Both the position numbers and the translations under genes were made by a program. This document shows positions 1-7,914 of a stretch of DNA of 10,774 nucleotides, piece after piece. Within the stretch, counting starts at the first letter, position 1. Every line of letters starts with the position of its first letter. This stretch comes from Pseudobacteriovorax sp. Lineage in GTDB: Bacteria > Bdellovibrionota_B > Oligoflexia > Oligoflexales > Oligoflexaceae. Location of the stretch: assembly GCA_050293845.1 (NCBI GenBank), contig JBNKNM010000195.1, forward strand, positions 1-10,774, given 5' to 3'. The notes under the pieces were generated by a model. It made no database searches. It was given only the letters and a program-made list of their open reading frames with translations, and had not been told where the DNA came from.

Positions 1-411
1 AGCATTCGTGAAAGGTTAACAGAATTACTAGACTTGACTCACCTCTCGGAAGATCTTTTAAACCGATATCCTATTGAATTATCTGGTGGTCAACGTCAAA
101 GAGCTTCTCTGATCAGAGCTTTGATGCATAACCCTGTAACAATATTCTTAGATGAGCCACTTGGGGCTTTAGACCCGATGACACGCTTTGATCTACAAGT
201 TGATCTTAAACAGATATTTAAAAAACTTAATAATACAGTTGTCCTTGTCACTCATGATCTGCTTGAAGCTAAATATCTTGCGAATGACATTCATATTTTA
301 AAAGACGGGAAGATCATACAATCGGGATCCTATAATAACTTAAAATCGAACCCTAAAAATGAGTATATTAAAAAATTTTTCACCGCTGCACATAGCGACC
401 ATGAGAGCTAA
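1..411 (+). CDS. Osmoprotectant (glycine betaine/choline/proline) ABC transporter ATP-binding subunit, C-terminal part; 5'-truncated by the window
   Basis: Frame 1 is open from base 1 (SIRERLTELLDLTHLSEDLL...), so the TTG at 34 is not the true start. Contains ABC signature LSGGQRQR, Walker B/D-loop IFLDEPLGALD and H-loop VTHD. Ends 2 nt before an Opu-type SBP-permease gene. No CBS domains at the C-terminus. Confidence 0.92.
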   Translation, partial: SIRERLTELLDLTHLSEDLLNRYPIELSGGQRQRASLIRALMHNPVTIFLDEPLGALDPMTRFDLQVDLKQIFKKLNNTVVLVTHDLLEAKYLANDIHILKDGKIIQSGSYNNLKSNPKNEYIKKFFTAAHSDHES

Positions 412-413
412 GT

Positions 414-1898
414 ATGAAGAAAATACGATTGCTGAATTTAGTGATTATCTATTTTTTCCAACAGCTTGTGATGGGAGAACTGCAAGCTCAGGTCATCAAA
501 GTAGGGTCGAAAAAATTCACTGAAAGTGTGATCTTGGGAGAGATTATATCCCAATTATTATCCAAAAAAGGGTATAACGTACAACATAGAAAAGAATTAG
601 GAGGAACCCAAATCCTATGGCAAGCCCTTTTAAGAGGTGATTTGCAGCTATATCCCGAATATACTGGCACTATCACCCATGAAATACTTCAAATTCCAAA
701 GCTTAAAGATTTTGAAGATTTGAAGACCACTCTTAAAAGTAAAGGTATAGGGATTACGGCTCCATTTGGTTTCAATAATACCTACGCCATGGGAATGCGA
801 CGTTCCCATGCAAAAAAACTTTCCATAAAAACCATTTCAGACCTGAAAAACTTTACTCAGCTCATCTTTGGGATGGGTCATGAATTTCTCGATCGTAAGG
901 ATGGCTGGCTTGGATTAAAAAATACCTATCAGTTAAACCCTTCTGTGGTTAAAGGTATGGATCATGATATCAGCTATAAAGCGATTCACTCTAAAGCCAT
1001 TGATGTAACTAGCCTTTATACAACAGATGCCGAAATAGATTTTTATGATTTAATAGCTCTTAAAGACGATAAAGACTATTTTCCAAGATATGACGCTCTC
1101 ATTGTATACCGCCTGGATGTGCCACCTAAGGTTAAAGGAGTATTACAACTTCTTGAAGGCAAAATATCTGAAAAGAAAATGATCAGATTAAATGCTGATG
1201 CTAAAATCAATGGTATTCCAGGTGTCAAAGTAGCTGGAAACTTTCTCAAAGAAACTTTTGGAATCGAGAATGAAAGCAATCAACTGACCTTATACGATGC
1301 CATATACACAAGAACTGTAGAACATGTCATACTGGTTTCCATATCCTTGATATTAGCTATCGCTGTAAGTCTTCCCATAGGCTACTTCTGTTCTTTATCT
1401 CCATTTATGAGAAATTTTAGTCTACCTTTGGTAGGATTAATTCAAACAATTCCAGCCCTGGCATTGTTAGTAGTTATGATTCCTCTTTTCGGAATTGGAC
1501 GCACACCAGCATTAATAGCTCTATTTTTATATAGTTTGCTACCAATCGTTAGGGGAACTTATCATGGCTTTATCACAATCTCCAAAGAAATACGCGAATC
1601 AGCAGATGCCCTTGGCCTTCCTCCCATTAAAATCTTTTGGCAGATACATTGGCCCCTTGCTTTGTCTTCCATATTAAATGGTGTAAAAACATCTGCCGTG
1701 ATAAATGTGGGGACCGCCACTCTGGGTGCTCTCATAGGAGCGGGAGGGCTTGGTCAGCTAATACTTAAGGGTATTCGCCTCGATAACCATGAGCTAATTC
1801 TTGCAGGAGCAGTCCCTGCAGCTGCTCTCGCTCTGATCGTACAGTGGCTCTTTGATATTATTGAAAAAATATTTGTATCAAAAGGATTAAAGCTATAG
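414..1898 (+). CDS. Fused glycine betaine/osmoprotectant ABC transporter substrate-binding protein + permease (OpuAC-type SBP N-terminal, BPD_transp_1 TMD C-terminal)
   Basis: N-terminal signal-like segment; OpuAC/YehZ motifs VGSKKFTESVILGE, YPEYTGT, GFNNTYAM, YTTD, LKDDKDYFPRYDA; permease motifs QTIPALALL, LYSLLPIVRGT, EAA-like ESADALG and GALIGAGGLG. Confidence 0.93.
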   Translation: MKKIRLLNLVIIYFFQQLVMGELQAQVIKVGSKKFTESVILGEIISQLLSKKGYNVQHRKELGGTQILWQALLRGDLQLYPEYTGTITHEILQIPKLKDFEDLKTTLKSKGIGITAPFGFNNTYAMGMRRSHAKKLSIKTISDLKNFTQLIFGMGHEFLDRKDGWLGLKNTYQLNPSVVKGMDHDISYKAIHSKAIDVTSLYTTDAEIDFYDLIALKDDKDYFPRYDALIVYRLDVPPKVKGVLQLLEGKISEKKMIRLNADAKINGIPGVKVAGNFLKETFGIENESNQLTLYDAIYTRTVEHVILVSISLILAIAVSLPIGYFCSLSPFMRNFSLPLVGLIQTIPALALLVVMIPLFGIGRTPALIALFLYSLLPIVRGTYHGFITISKEIRESADALGLPPIKIFWQIHWPLALSSILNGVKTSAVINVGTATLGALIGAGGLGQLILKGIRLDNHELILAGAVPAAALALIVQWLFDIIEKIFVSKGLKL

Positions 1899-1915
1899 CC
1901 CTTTACGCAAAGGGT
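1898..1915 (+). terminator. Possible weak hairpin between convergent genes
   Basis: GCCCTTT-ACGC-AAAGGGT immediately after the permease stop. Short stem and no U-tract, so weak support. Confidence 0.25.
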
Positions 1916-1988
1916 GGGCTGAAATTATGGCTAATTAAAATTTCTCAGAAGGCTTTCGTAGCATCGTCGCTCTAAGTGGATTAATATT

Positions 1989-2603
1989 CTACCGATTTTT
2001 ACTACCATAACGCCCATCAGTCATAGCACAAAAACCGATTTCTGTAACAAAGTAACCAGGATAATTTTCAGACCAAGTACTGCCTTTTCCATGTTTAAAC
2101 CCCATATTATGGGCAACCTCATGAGTAATTACATTTACCCACATATCCTCTTCTGCAATACTAGAATTCTTTTCCAATGTGCTATGAATAGCATCTTTGC
2201 TCAAGTCTATTTCAAGATTTTGAATTGTATAATTGTTACGCTCTACCCGACTGATTCCAACTTTTGCTTGACCAAGCACTCCCGAGCGAAGTTCCGCCTT
2301 ATGGATAACTATTGAAACTTTACGTGATTTATTGATAACGGGAATGCTATTGCCCCATTTTTTTCTAAGCCGATCTTTATTTTCTTTGGAGCTATTCCGG
2401 TAACCACAATTAGCTACTTTGGCTTTTGCTAAGTTTCGAAAGGCTTTTTCTGCAGCAGTCTGGATGAGTTGCTGGTCTTTTTCTCCCCATGCGGAAGTTG
2501 GCAAAAGTTCTACAGTGACTTGAATTTCTTGCGAGTAAATTGGTGTAAGCCCAATATAAAAAACCAAAAGAACAAAATAAACATGAAAAGATAAACGACT
2601 CAT
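1989..2603 (-). CDS. Secreted zinc metalloprotease-like protein (zincin, extended HEXXHXXGXXH motif)
   Basis: Hydrophobic signal peptide (about aa 1-24); HEVAHNMGFKH at aa 161-171; only two Cys (C66, C192); strong SD AAGGGAGG upstream of the ATG. Confidence 0.8.
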   Translation of the reverse strand: MSRLSFHVYFVLLVFYIGLTPIYSQEIQVTVELLPTSAWGEKDQQLIQTAAEKAFRNLAKAKVANCGYRNSSKENKDRLRKKWGNSIPVINKSRKVSIVIHKAELRSGVLGQAKVGISRVERNNYTIQNLEIDLSKDAIHSTLEKNSSIAEEDMWVNVITHEVAHNMGFKHGKGSTWSENYPGYFVTEIGFCAMTDGRYGSKNR

Positions 2604-2801
2604 TGTAATCCTCCCTTATAGCATGCACATCTGGATTATACTATAGTTCATTACTACATGATGCAAGCAGTGAATAAGCTAACGACCTGTGATCGAAAGT
2701 CTAACCTCAAAAAGTAATACTGACGGACATCAAAGAAAAGCGTATCTTAAGAAGCTAAGGTTTTCCAAGGTAAATTGTGGTATTCAGGCTGGATAAAATC
2801 A

Positions 2802-3482
2802 CTAGGGAAAGTAAAGAATACCTATAGAAAGGCTTTCTCGAAAATGCCTTTTATTCTCAATAATGGCTTCTTTTTTTCCGAGAGAAATACGATCAAGTTC
2901 TATAGGAACAGCATCGATCCCGATAAATTTTATATCGACTGATATAGCGCTAAAATCCAATTGTGCACCTACTCCTAGCCGTATAGCAGCATCAAGTGAA
3001 CGTTCAGCAACTGTTCCTGAGACCCTTCTAAGGTTCTGAATACTAACACCGAGCCCCGCTTCAACATAATATATGTCAGGAGCAAACCGATATAAAGAGC
3101 TAAGAGTTCCCATGCGATATTCATTTCTTCGAAAAAGCATCTTTAAGTCACTGACAATAATAGCATTTTCTATGAAACGTTGAATGGTTATTCCAACCAA
3201 GTCTTCTCCACGCACTAAACCTCCTCCCCAATCTCCACCTTCCGACTCTTCATCATGGTAAAGGGAATCGAGTTTCTCTGCAGTATCATCTAAAGGTTCG
3301 ACCTGATCGACAATGTCTTCGTCGTTAAAATCAGAATTGACATCAATATCTATGTTAGGATCTGCAGGATTTAGCTCTTCTTGAGTAGCATCACTATCGG
3401 CTGTGTCATCAGAGTTGCTCTGCTCTTGAGCAAAGCATAAGCAAGGTATGATAAGGATTAGTATGATGATATGATATCGCAT
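2802..3482 (-). CDS. Exported protein with an acidic N-terminal linker and a probable small outer-membrane beta-barrel domain
   Basis: Signal peptide ending CFA|QE; D/E-rich low-complexity region about aa 19-84; amphipathic strands (YYVEAGLGVS, IRLGVGAQLDF, ISVDIKF); C-terminal LSIGILYFP resembles a beta-signal. SD AAGGAG overlaps the upstream gene's stop. Confidence 0.6.
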   Translation of the reverse strand: MRYHIIILILIIPCLCFAQEQSNSDDTADSDATQEELNPADPNIDIDVNSDFNDEDIVDQVEPLDDTAEKLDSLYHDEESEGGDWGGGLVRGEDLVGITIQRFIENAIIVSDLKMLFRRNEYRMGTLSSLYRFAPDIYYVEAGLGVSIQNLRRVSGTVAERSLDAAIRLGVGAQLDFSAISVDIKFIGIDAVPIELDRISLGKKEAIIENKRHFRESLSIGILYFP

Positions 3483-3490
3483 GTAACTCC

Positions 3491-4510
3491 TTAGACTTTG
3501 TTAAATTCTTTTATGAGCTTACGATATAGCCCTCTAATAGAAGATTTTAAACTATAGAACGTATTGATACCATTTATAACAGAGTTTTTGCCAATAGGAC
3601 CTAAAGAAGCAGCTAGCTCTAAAACTATCTTCTGATAGTATTCAGTAAAATGAAGTTTTTCGTATTTTTTCAATAGATGTCCCGAAGGACTCAAATCCGA
3701 TAATGAACTCAATAAATTTCCAAGGTTATGGTCGGTTGTATTATCACCTTCTTCAAATAAAGCAATAGCTACCACAAAGGCAAAAGGATTAAAGGTAGCT
3801 ACATTGCGAAGGTTTGCTACTATTTTCCGTGTCTCCCAGAATATCAGCTCCTCGCCTGGTCCATGGGGAAGGCAATTTAAACAATCTTCAATGAGTGAAA
3901 CATGTTCCATTTCCTTATGAATATAATTCTGCAAGATAGGTGTGAAAGCCTTATACTTAAGGGCGGGAGATAACGAACTAACAGTATTCCTTGAGATGTA
4001 AACATGCTGCCATAAGTAAACTCTGCTTATTTTTTCTAGCTTTGTAGCATTACGATCTACTTCCTTTAGCTTATCATAAAAAATATGAACTTCATTAAAA
4101 TGCCAAGGTGAATCTAAAAACCTATGAATAACCACAAGGGGATCATAAAGCCCTGTTCCAACAATTTTTGCACTTTTTAAAACAGAATCTAGGAATATTT
4201 GCATATCAGGTAAGCTGGTAGGCTTAGGAACTGGCGGCTCCTTTTGCAGATAAAGTCCATTCTTGCGTATTATATTGAATGTTTGTATAAGACTTAATCG
4301 CTTATATCCAACCACATCACTTCCTAACAAAGCTCTCGCAACTTTATTTATCACCTTAGGGTCACCTAACATAGCCAGCGAAATATCTTTTAGAGGTATT
4401 TCAAGCCTATAGGAATGACCATCATAAAACACTTCTAAGGTATTATTAGGGCCAGGTTTAATTCTACAATCATGCTTAAGTGTTAATCGAGATTTCCAGT
4501 TCGTATTCAT
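3491..4510 (-). CDS. Heme-oxygenase-like (HDO/TenA/PqqC fold) protein with an N-terminal RRE/PqqD-like winged-helix domain; metal ligands look partly degenerate
   Basis: 339-aa ORF. aa 1-90 show a three-strand then helices pattern ending IIRKNGLYL, followed by a Pro-rich linker. The helical C-domain has YLWQHVYIS...LSPAL, YIHKEMEH (EExxH-like), ALFEE and KLHFTEYY (at the expected H..xxH position). Fold call is pattern-based. Confidence 0.55.
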   Translation of the reverse strand: MNTNWKSRLTLKHDCRIKPGPNNTLEVFYDGHSYRLEIPLKDISLAMLGDPKVINKVARALLGSDVVGYKRLSLIQTFNIIRKNGLYLQKEPPVPKPTSLPDMQIFLDSVLKSAKIVGTGLYDPLVVIHRFLDSPWHFNEVHIFYDKLKEVDRNATKLEKISRVYLWQHVYISRNTVSSLSPALKYKAFTPILQNYIHKEMEHVSLIEDCLNCLPHGPGEELIFWETRKIVANLRNVATFNPFAFVVAIALFEEGDNTTDHNLGNLLSSLSDLSPSGHLLKKYEKLHFTEYYQKIVLELAASLGPIGKNSVINGINTFYSLKSSIRGLYRKLIKEFNKV

Positions 4511-4817
4511 AGTGCGACCACAGACATAGCAATTATCGGAGTTAGTTCACCAAGAGGGTTCTACATGCTACAAAATCATATCACCACCCTAGTACAGTAG
4601 TTGAATTTTCCATTTATCTTTGAAAAAGTAAAAAGCTGAAAACAAACAATTTTTCAGATCCCAAATGACCTAATCAATATGATGTTTTCTAAGTGAAGCA
4701 ATTCTTAAGCCAAGTTAAGCTGATGTAAATATGATGGCTGTTGTGGCAAATATTTAGACATTGTAAAAAAAATTTCATAGAGAGTAGATTAACTTAGGTG
4801 ACCTTTAATACACACTT

Positions 4818-5567
4818 TTAGCCCGTTTTATTCGTCAAGCTTTTTAGAATACCTCTCATGATTTTCAAATATGATTGTTGTTCTGAAATTAGCGGAAATA
4901 GCTCTGCTATACACTCATCATGATAAGGTGCCATACCTCCATGAGCCATCAAAATTTTATGAGGTTGCATCCGCTGATAAAGCTCTAAAGATTTTTTAAA
5001 CTTAAGAGGGTAGTTTACTGGAAAGGGCGGTATAAACCGAGATTTAACTTTAAGAATATTATCGGCAACATAAATAGTCTTTGATATTTTATGGTATATA
5101 GAAATATCTCGATCTGTATGACCAGGTGTTTCCAAAATAGACCACTCTGGAAAACCAGGAATACTGTCTCCGTGTTTTAGGTAAAAGTCTGGCTTAATAG
5201 TCCTATCATACCAAAGGTACTTTATATCCTTACCCATTCGATGGGCCACCCAGTAGGCTAATCCCACGTCAATGAGGTGGTAAAATATACCGGAAACACC
5301 ATGATACCACTGCTTCTTCTGAAAGCTTGAAGCAGTCGGTATACCATATTTTTGCTGGAAGAGCCCTACCCCCCCCGCATGATCTGGGTGCATATGGGTT
5401 ACCAAAATCATCTTCAAATGTGAAAAGTTTCTCTTTAGTTGCTTTTCAATATAGTTTTTTACCGTCGCTACATCACAGCGACAGCAACCATCTAACAACA
5501 AGATTTTCCTGGGATAAACAGCGAGATAAATACTTTGGATGTGTCCCTCTATTTCATGTATTTCCAT
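4818..5567 (-). CDS. MBL-fold metallo-hydrolase (glyoxalase II-like)
   Basis: LLLDG, THMHPDHAGG (HxHxDH), TPGHT, YVAD and MAHG motifs in canonical order. Confidence 0.92.
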   Translation of the reverse strand: MEIHEIEGHIQSIYLAVYPRKILLLDGCCRCDVATVKNYIEKQLKRNFSHLKMILVTHMHPDHAGGVGLFQQKYGIPTASSFQKKQWYHGVSGIFYHLIDVGLAYWVAHRMGKDIKYLWYDRTIKPDFYLKHGDSIPGFPEWSILETPGHTDRDISIYHKISKTIYVADNILKVKSRFIPPFPVNYPLKFKKSLELYQRMQPHKILMAHGGMAPYHDECIAELFPLISEQQSYLKIMRGILKSLTNKTG

Positions 5568-5704
5568 CCCAGAAGCGTCTCTCTTGTAATAGCAAACCCT
5601 AAGCGACGAGCATATAGAATTAATCCATAAATGTTAATACTTAAATCTTACTCTCGTTCTTTATATGGTAACTGCTAGATTATTGCATATAGATACATAT
5701 ATCA

Positions 5705-5729
5705 ATGCATTAACATGCATTTAAATGCA
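5705..5729. promoter_or_regulatory. Palindromic operator candidate (MarR-like)
   Basis: Perfect 14-bp palindrome TGCATTTAAATGCA at 5716-5729, overlapping the imperfect ATGCATTAACATGCAT at 5705-5720. Lies just upstream of the SD/ATG of a marR-like remnant and upstream of the divergent MBL gene. Confidence 0.45.
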
Positions 5730-5741
5730 CAATTTAAGGAT

Positions 5742-5880
5742 ATGGCAATAATCCGGTAATGATTTGATACGACAAGGTGTATTCACGGGTAAATCACTAG
5801 AACGAATCGGCTTATTAGCCAAAAAAGACCAATACGAGCTTCTCAGCCAAAGCTAGTCCATTGGAAAAAACAAGCTCACT
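5742..5880 (+). pseudogene. Decayed MarR-family regulator remnant
   Basis: AAGGA SD then ATG at 5742. The frame reads MAIIR**FDTTRCIHG*ITRTNRLISQ, resembling the MarR N-terminal 'C-x-x-x-K/N-I/L-x-R-x-x-R-x-I' helix, with three in-frame stops. The end coordinate is approximate. Confidence 0.35.
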
Positions 5881-5998
5881 TTTACCGACTGCAACTTTAT
5901 ACCCCGAATATGAAAAATGTTATTATTCGCTATGCTTCAGTAAATAATAACGGATGGATCATGGCATCGACATTATTTTTGAATCCATAGAATAATGA

Positions 5999-7033
5999 TC
6001 ACCGCTCCAAATCAAGCAGCCACTGTTTTCTTCTCATACCACCAGCATAGCCTGTTAATGAGCCATCACTGCCGATAACACGATGGCAGGGGATAACTAT
6101 AGCAATGCGATTCATCCCATTAGCGCGAGCTACGGCTCTGACAGCATGGGGTCTTCCCATATTCTCGGCTTGTTTTTTATAGCTCTTTGTTTCTCCATAG
6201 GGAATAGTTTGCAGCTCCTCCCATACCAGTTGCTGAAAATCTGTACCTGGAGTAAGTAATGCGATAGAAAATTTCTTTCTTTGACCTGCCATATACTCTC
6301 TAACTTGCTGCTTAGCCGTCTCTATATGACAATTAGTGCCCGGAATAAAAACTCCATTTAAACGCCGGCTAAGATCCTCAAACTCAGTTTCTAACATGCG
6401 ACGATCTGTAAACTCAAGTAAGCACAAACCCTCTTCGGTTGCTGCTGCAAACATGGGGCCGATCTTTGTAGCAAAGCGATGCAGAAAGATCCTCTGCTTA
6501 CCAGTTTGATTCTTAGGAGCAGCACCGAAAATTTTCAAATATTGGTGATGAAAGCCGCTTAAAGAGTCATAACCTAAACCAAATGCTGCTTGTGTTACGC
6601 TCACTCCTTGAACCCTAATGACCTCATAAGCTGTATTCAAACGGATCAAACGTTGATAGGTTTGAAACGTCATATTGTGATGTTTTTTAAACCACCGGCG
6701 TACTGTATTTGGTTGTAATCCCCGTTTTCTAAGCTCTGTATCTGTTATCTTAATAGCCGGTTCGCGAAGAATTTCTGCTATTAATCTGGCTATGTCCTTC
6801 GGAGCTTGACTTTGTAGCTCCATCGGCTTGCAAATCTTACATGGGCGGTAACCATGCTTTAATGCCTCTTCCGCAGATTGATAAAACACAACATTCTTCG
6901 CTAGAGGTTTCTTAGCGCGGCACGAGGGACGGCAAAATATCTTCGTTGTTTTAACAGCGGTTATAAATTGACCCTCATAGTCATTTTTTTTTTGACCAAT
7001 AACATCATACATTTCTTCAAAAGTCAGCTTCAT
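5999..7033 (-). CDS. ada: Bifunctional Ada: methylphosphotriester sensor/AraC-type regulator fused to O6-methylguanine-DNA methyltransferase
   Basis: Zn-binding AVKTTKIFCRPSC...YRPCKIC; AraC HTH (SVTQAAFGLGYDSLSGF); Ogt domain GTDFQQLVW, IPYGET, RAVARANG and active-site IPCHRV. Confidence 0.96.
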   Translation of the reverse strand: MKLTFEEMYDVIGQKKNDYEGQFITAVKTTKIFCRPSCRAKKPLAKNVVFYQSAEEALKHGYRPCKICKPMELQSQAPKDIARLIAEILREPAIKITDTELRKRGLQPNTVRRWFKKHHNMTFQTYQRLIRLNTAYEVIRVQGVSVTQAAFGLGYDSLSGFHHQYLKIFGAAPKNQTGKQRIFLHRFATKIGPMFAAATEEGLCLLEFTDRRMLETEFEDLSRRLNGVFIPGTNCHIETAKQQVREYMAGQRKKFSIALLTPGTDFQQLVWEELQTIPYGETKSYKKQAENMGRPHAVRAVARANGMNRIAIVIPCHRVIGSDGSLTGYAGGMRRKQWLLDLER

Positions 7034-7242
7034 AGCTCTGCCTTAACTCAGGATGTGGAGTTTGCATCATCGCTCCTCATGGAGCCTTGGAGTGATAGTT
7101 CACAATATAGTCATAGACCAAAGCTTTGGAAAATAACTACCGAAAACTTAACAAGTATTTTTATTGCCAGTAACTTTTAAGATAAAACATAATCTTTTTA
7201 ATCACTTAAATCGATCTTTACATCCAGGAATCAGAATAGTTC

Positions 7243-7365
7243 CAGGGTCCGCAAAATCATTCGCTTACTGCGTTATGCCGACCTTCCGAAATCCTCACCT
7301 ACCTTAGTTCACTGCCGTTTAGTAAGCTCGTCATGCCTGGCATTAGAAGCTTTTCGAATTCCTTA
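7243..7365. repeat. Degenerate RPE1/MITE-like palindromic intergenic element
   Basis: Imperfect terminal inverted repeats AGGGTCCGCAAAA / TTTTCGAATTCCT. The core CTGCGTT...GAAATCCTCACCTACCTTAGTTCACTGCCGTT resembles, from memory, the RPE1-type core GAATCCTCACGTAC..GTACGCTGCGGTT. Confidence 0.4.
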
Positions 7366-7415
7366 GCTATTGCAAATGTAATGGATCCAGTAGAGTTTTT
7401 ATTCCTAAAAAGAGG

Positions 7416-7442
7416 AAGGTCATCTAATCTTTAGATGACCTT
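7416..7442 (-). terminator. Perfect 12-bp hairpin, possible intrinsic terminator
   Basis: AAGGTCATCTAA-TCT-TTAGATGACCTT; on the minus strand it is followed by CCTCTTTTT. Confidence 0.5.
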
Positions 7443-7914
7443 GAAGAGAAGAAAGTGCTAGGTTTTGATTTACGGTCGGTTGATTTTGGGATCAATATAC
7501 TCTTCGGAGGCACAAGGGACAGAATTTAATAAATCGGATTATTCTAATAAATTCATGTGGATAAATATGGTAATTATTTTGAAAACATATAATTATTATA
7601 ACATGCTTAATATACGAGATATTTTTTAAATTTTAAAATTATACCTACGATATTTTGAAACGAATTAGGTTACCAAATCGGAAAAGCCAGCTCAACGAAA
7701 TGTAAGTTACCGACAAGGCCTAGGAATCTACAAAATGGTGGGCATGCACACTAGAAACACTATGTCCCAAGGCTTTTAGAATCACCCCCCCTTATTCCTC
7801 ATGGATAAATCAGCAATTTTACAACTTTTTCGGTAATTATCCTAGCTTGCCGCCAGAATGTTTTTTGTTACTCTTGGCGAACTTATCACTCCATAAATAC
7901 TCGAGGAATTAAAT

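Noticed and set aside
34..36. TTG start called by the ORF track for the ABC ATPase
   Set aside because: The frame is open back to base 1 and Walker A is absent, so the gene starts upstream of the window.
488..1279. Minus-strand ORFs 488-676 and 1076-1279
   Set aside because: Antisense shadows of the well-supported transporter gene, with no motifs.
2091..2628. ORFs 2091-2315 (+) and 2410-2628 (-)
   Set aside because: They overlap the metalloprotease gene, which has the SD, signal peptide and zinc motif.
4581..4613. Minus-strand micro-ORF MENSTTVLGW as a possible RiPP precursor for the RRE-HDO protein
   Set aside because: Only 10 aa, no SD, and too short for leader plus core; expected by chance.
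5327..5602. 91-aa plus-strand ORF
   Set aside because: Antisense to the MBL hydrolase, with no recognisable features.
6968..7180. 70-aa plus-strand ORF
   Set aside because: TTG start, overlaps the ada 5' end in antisense, and has no clear SD or motif.
7349..7370. GCTTTTCGAATTCCTTAG resembling an IS91 oriIS consensus
   Set aside because: Wrong orientation relative to the minus-strand transposase remnant, and better explained as the right inverted repeat of the palindromic element.
7470..7556. Minus-strand reading MNLLE*SDLLNSVPCASEEYIDPKINRP upstream of the orphan hairpin
   Set aside because: Internal stop, no SD and no recognisable homology.
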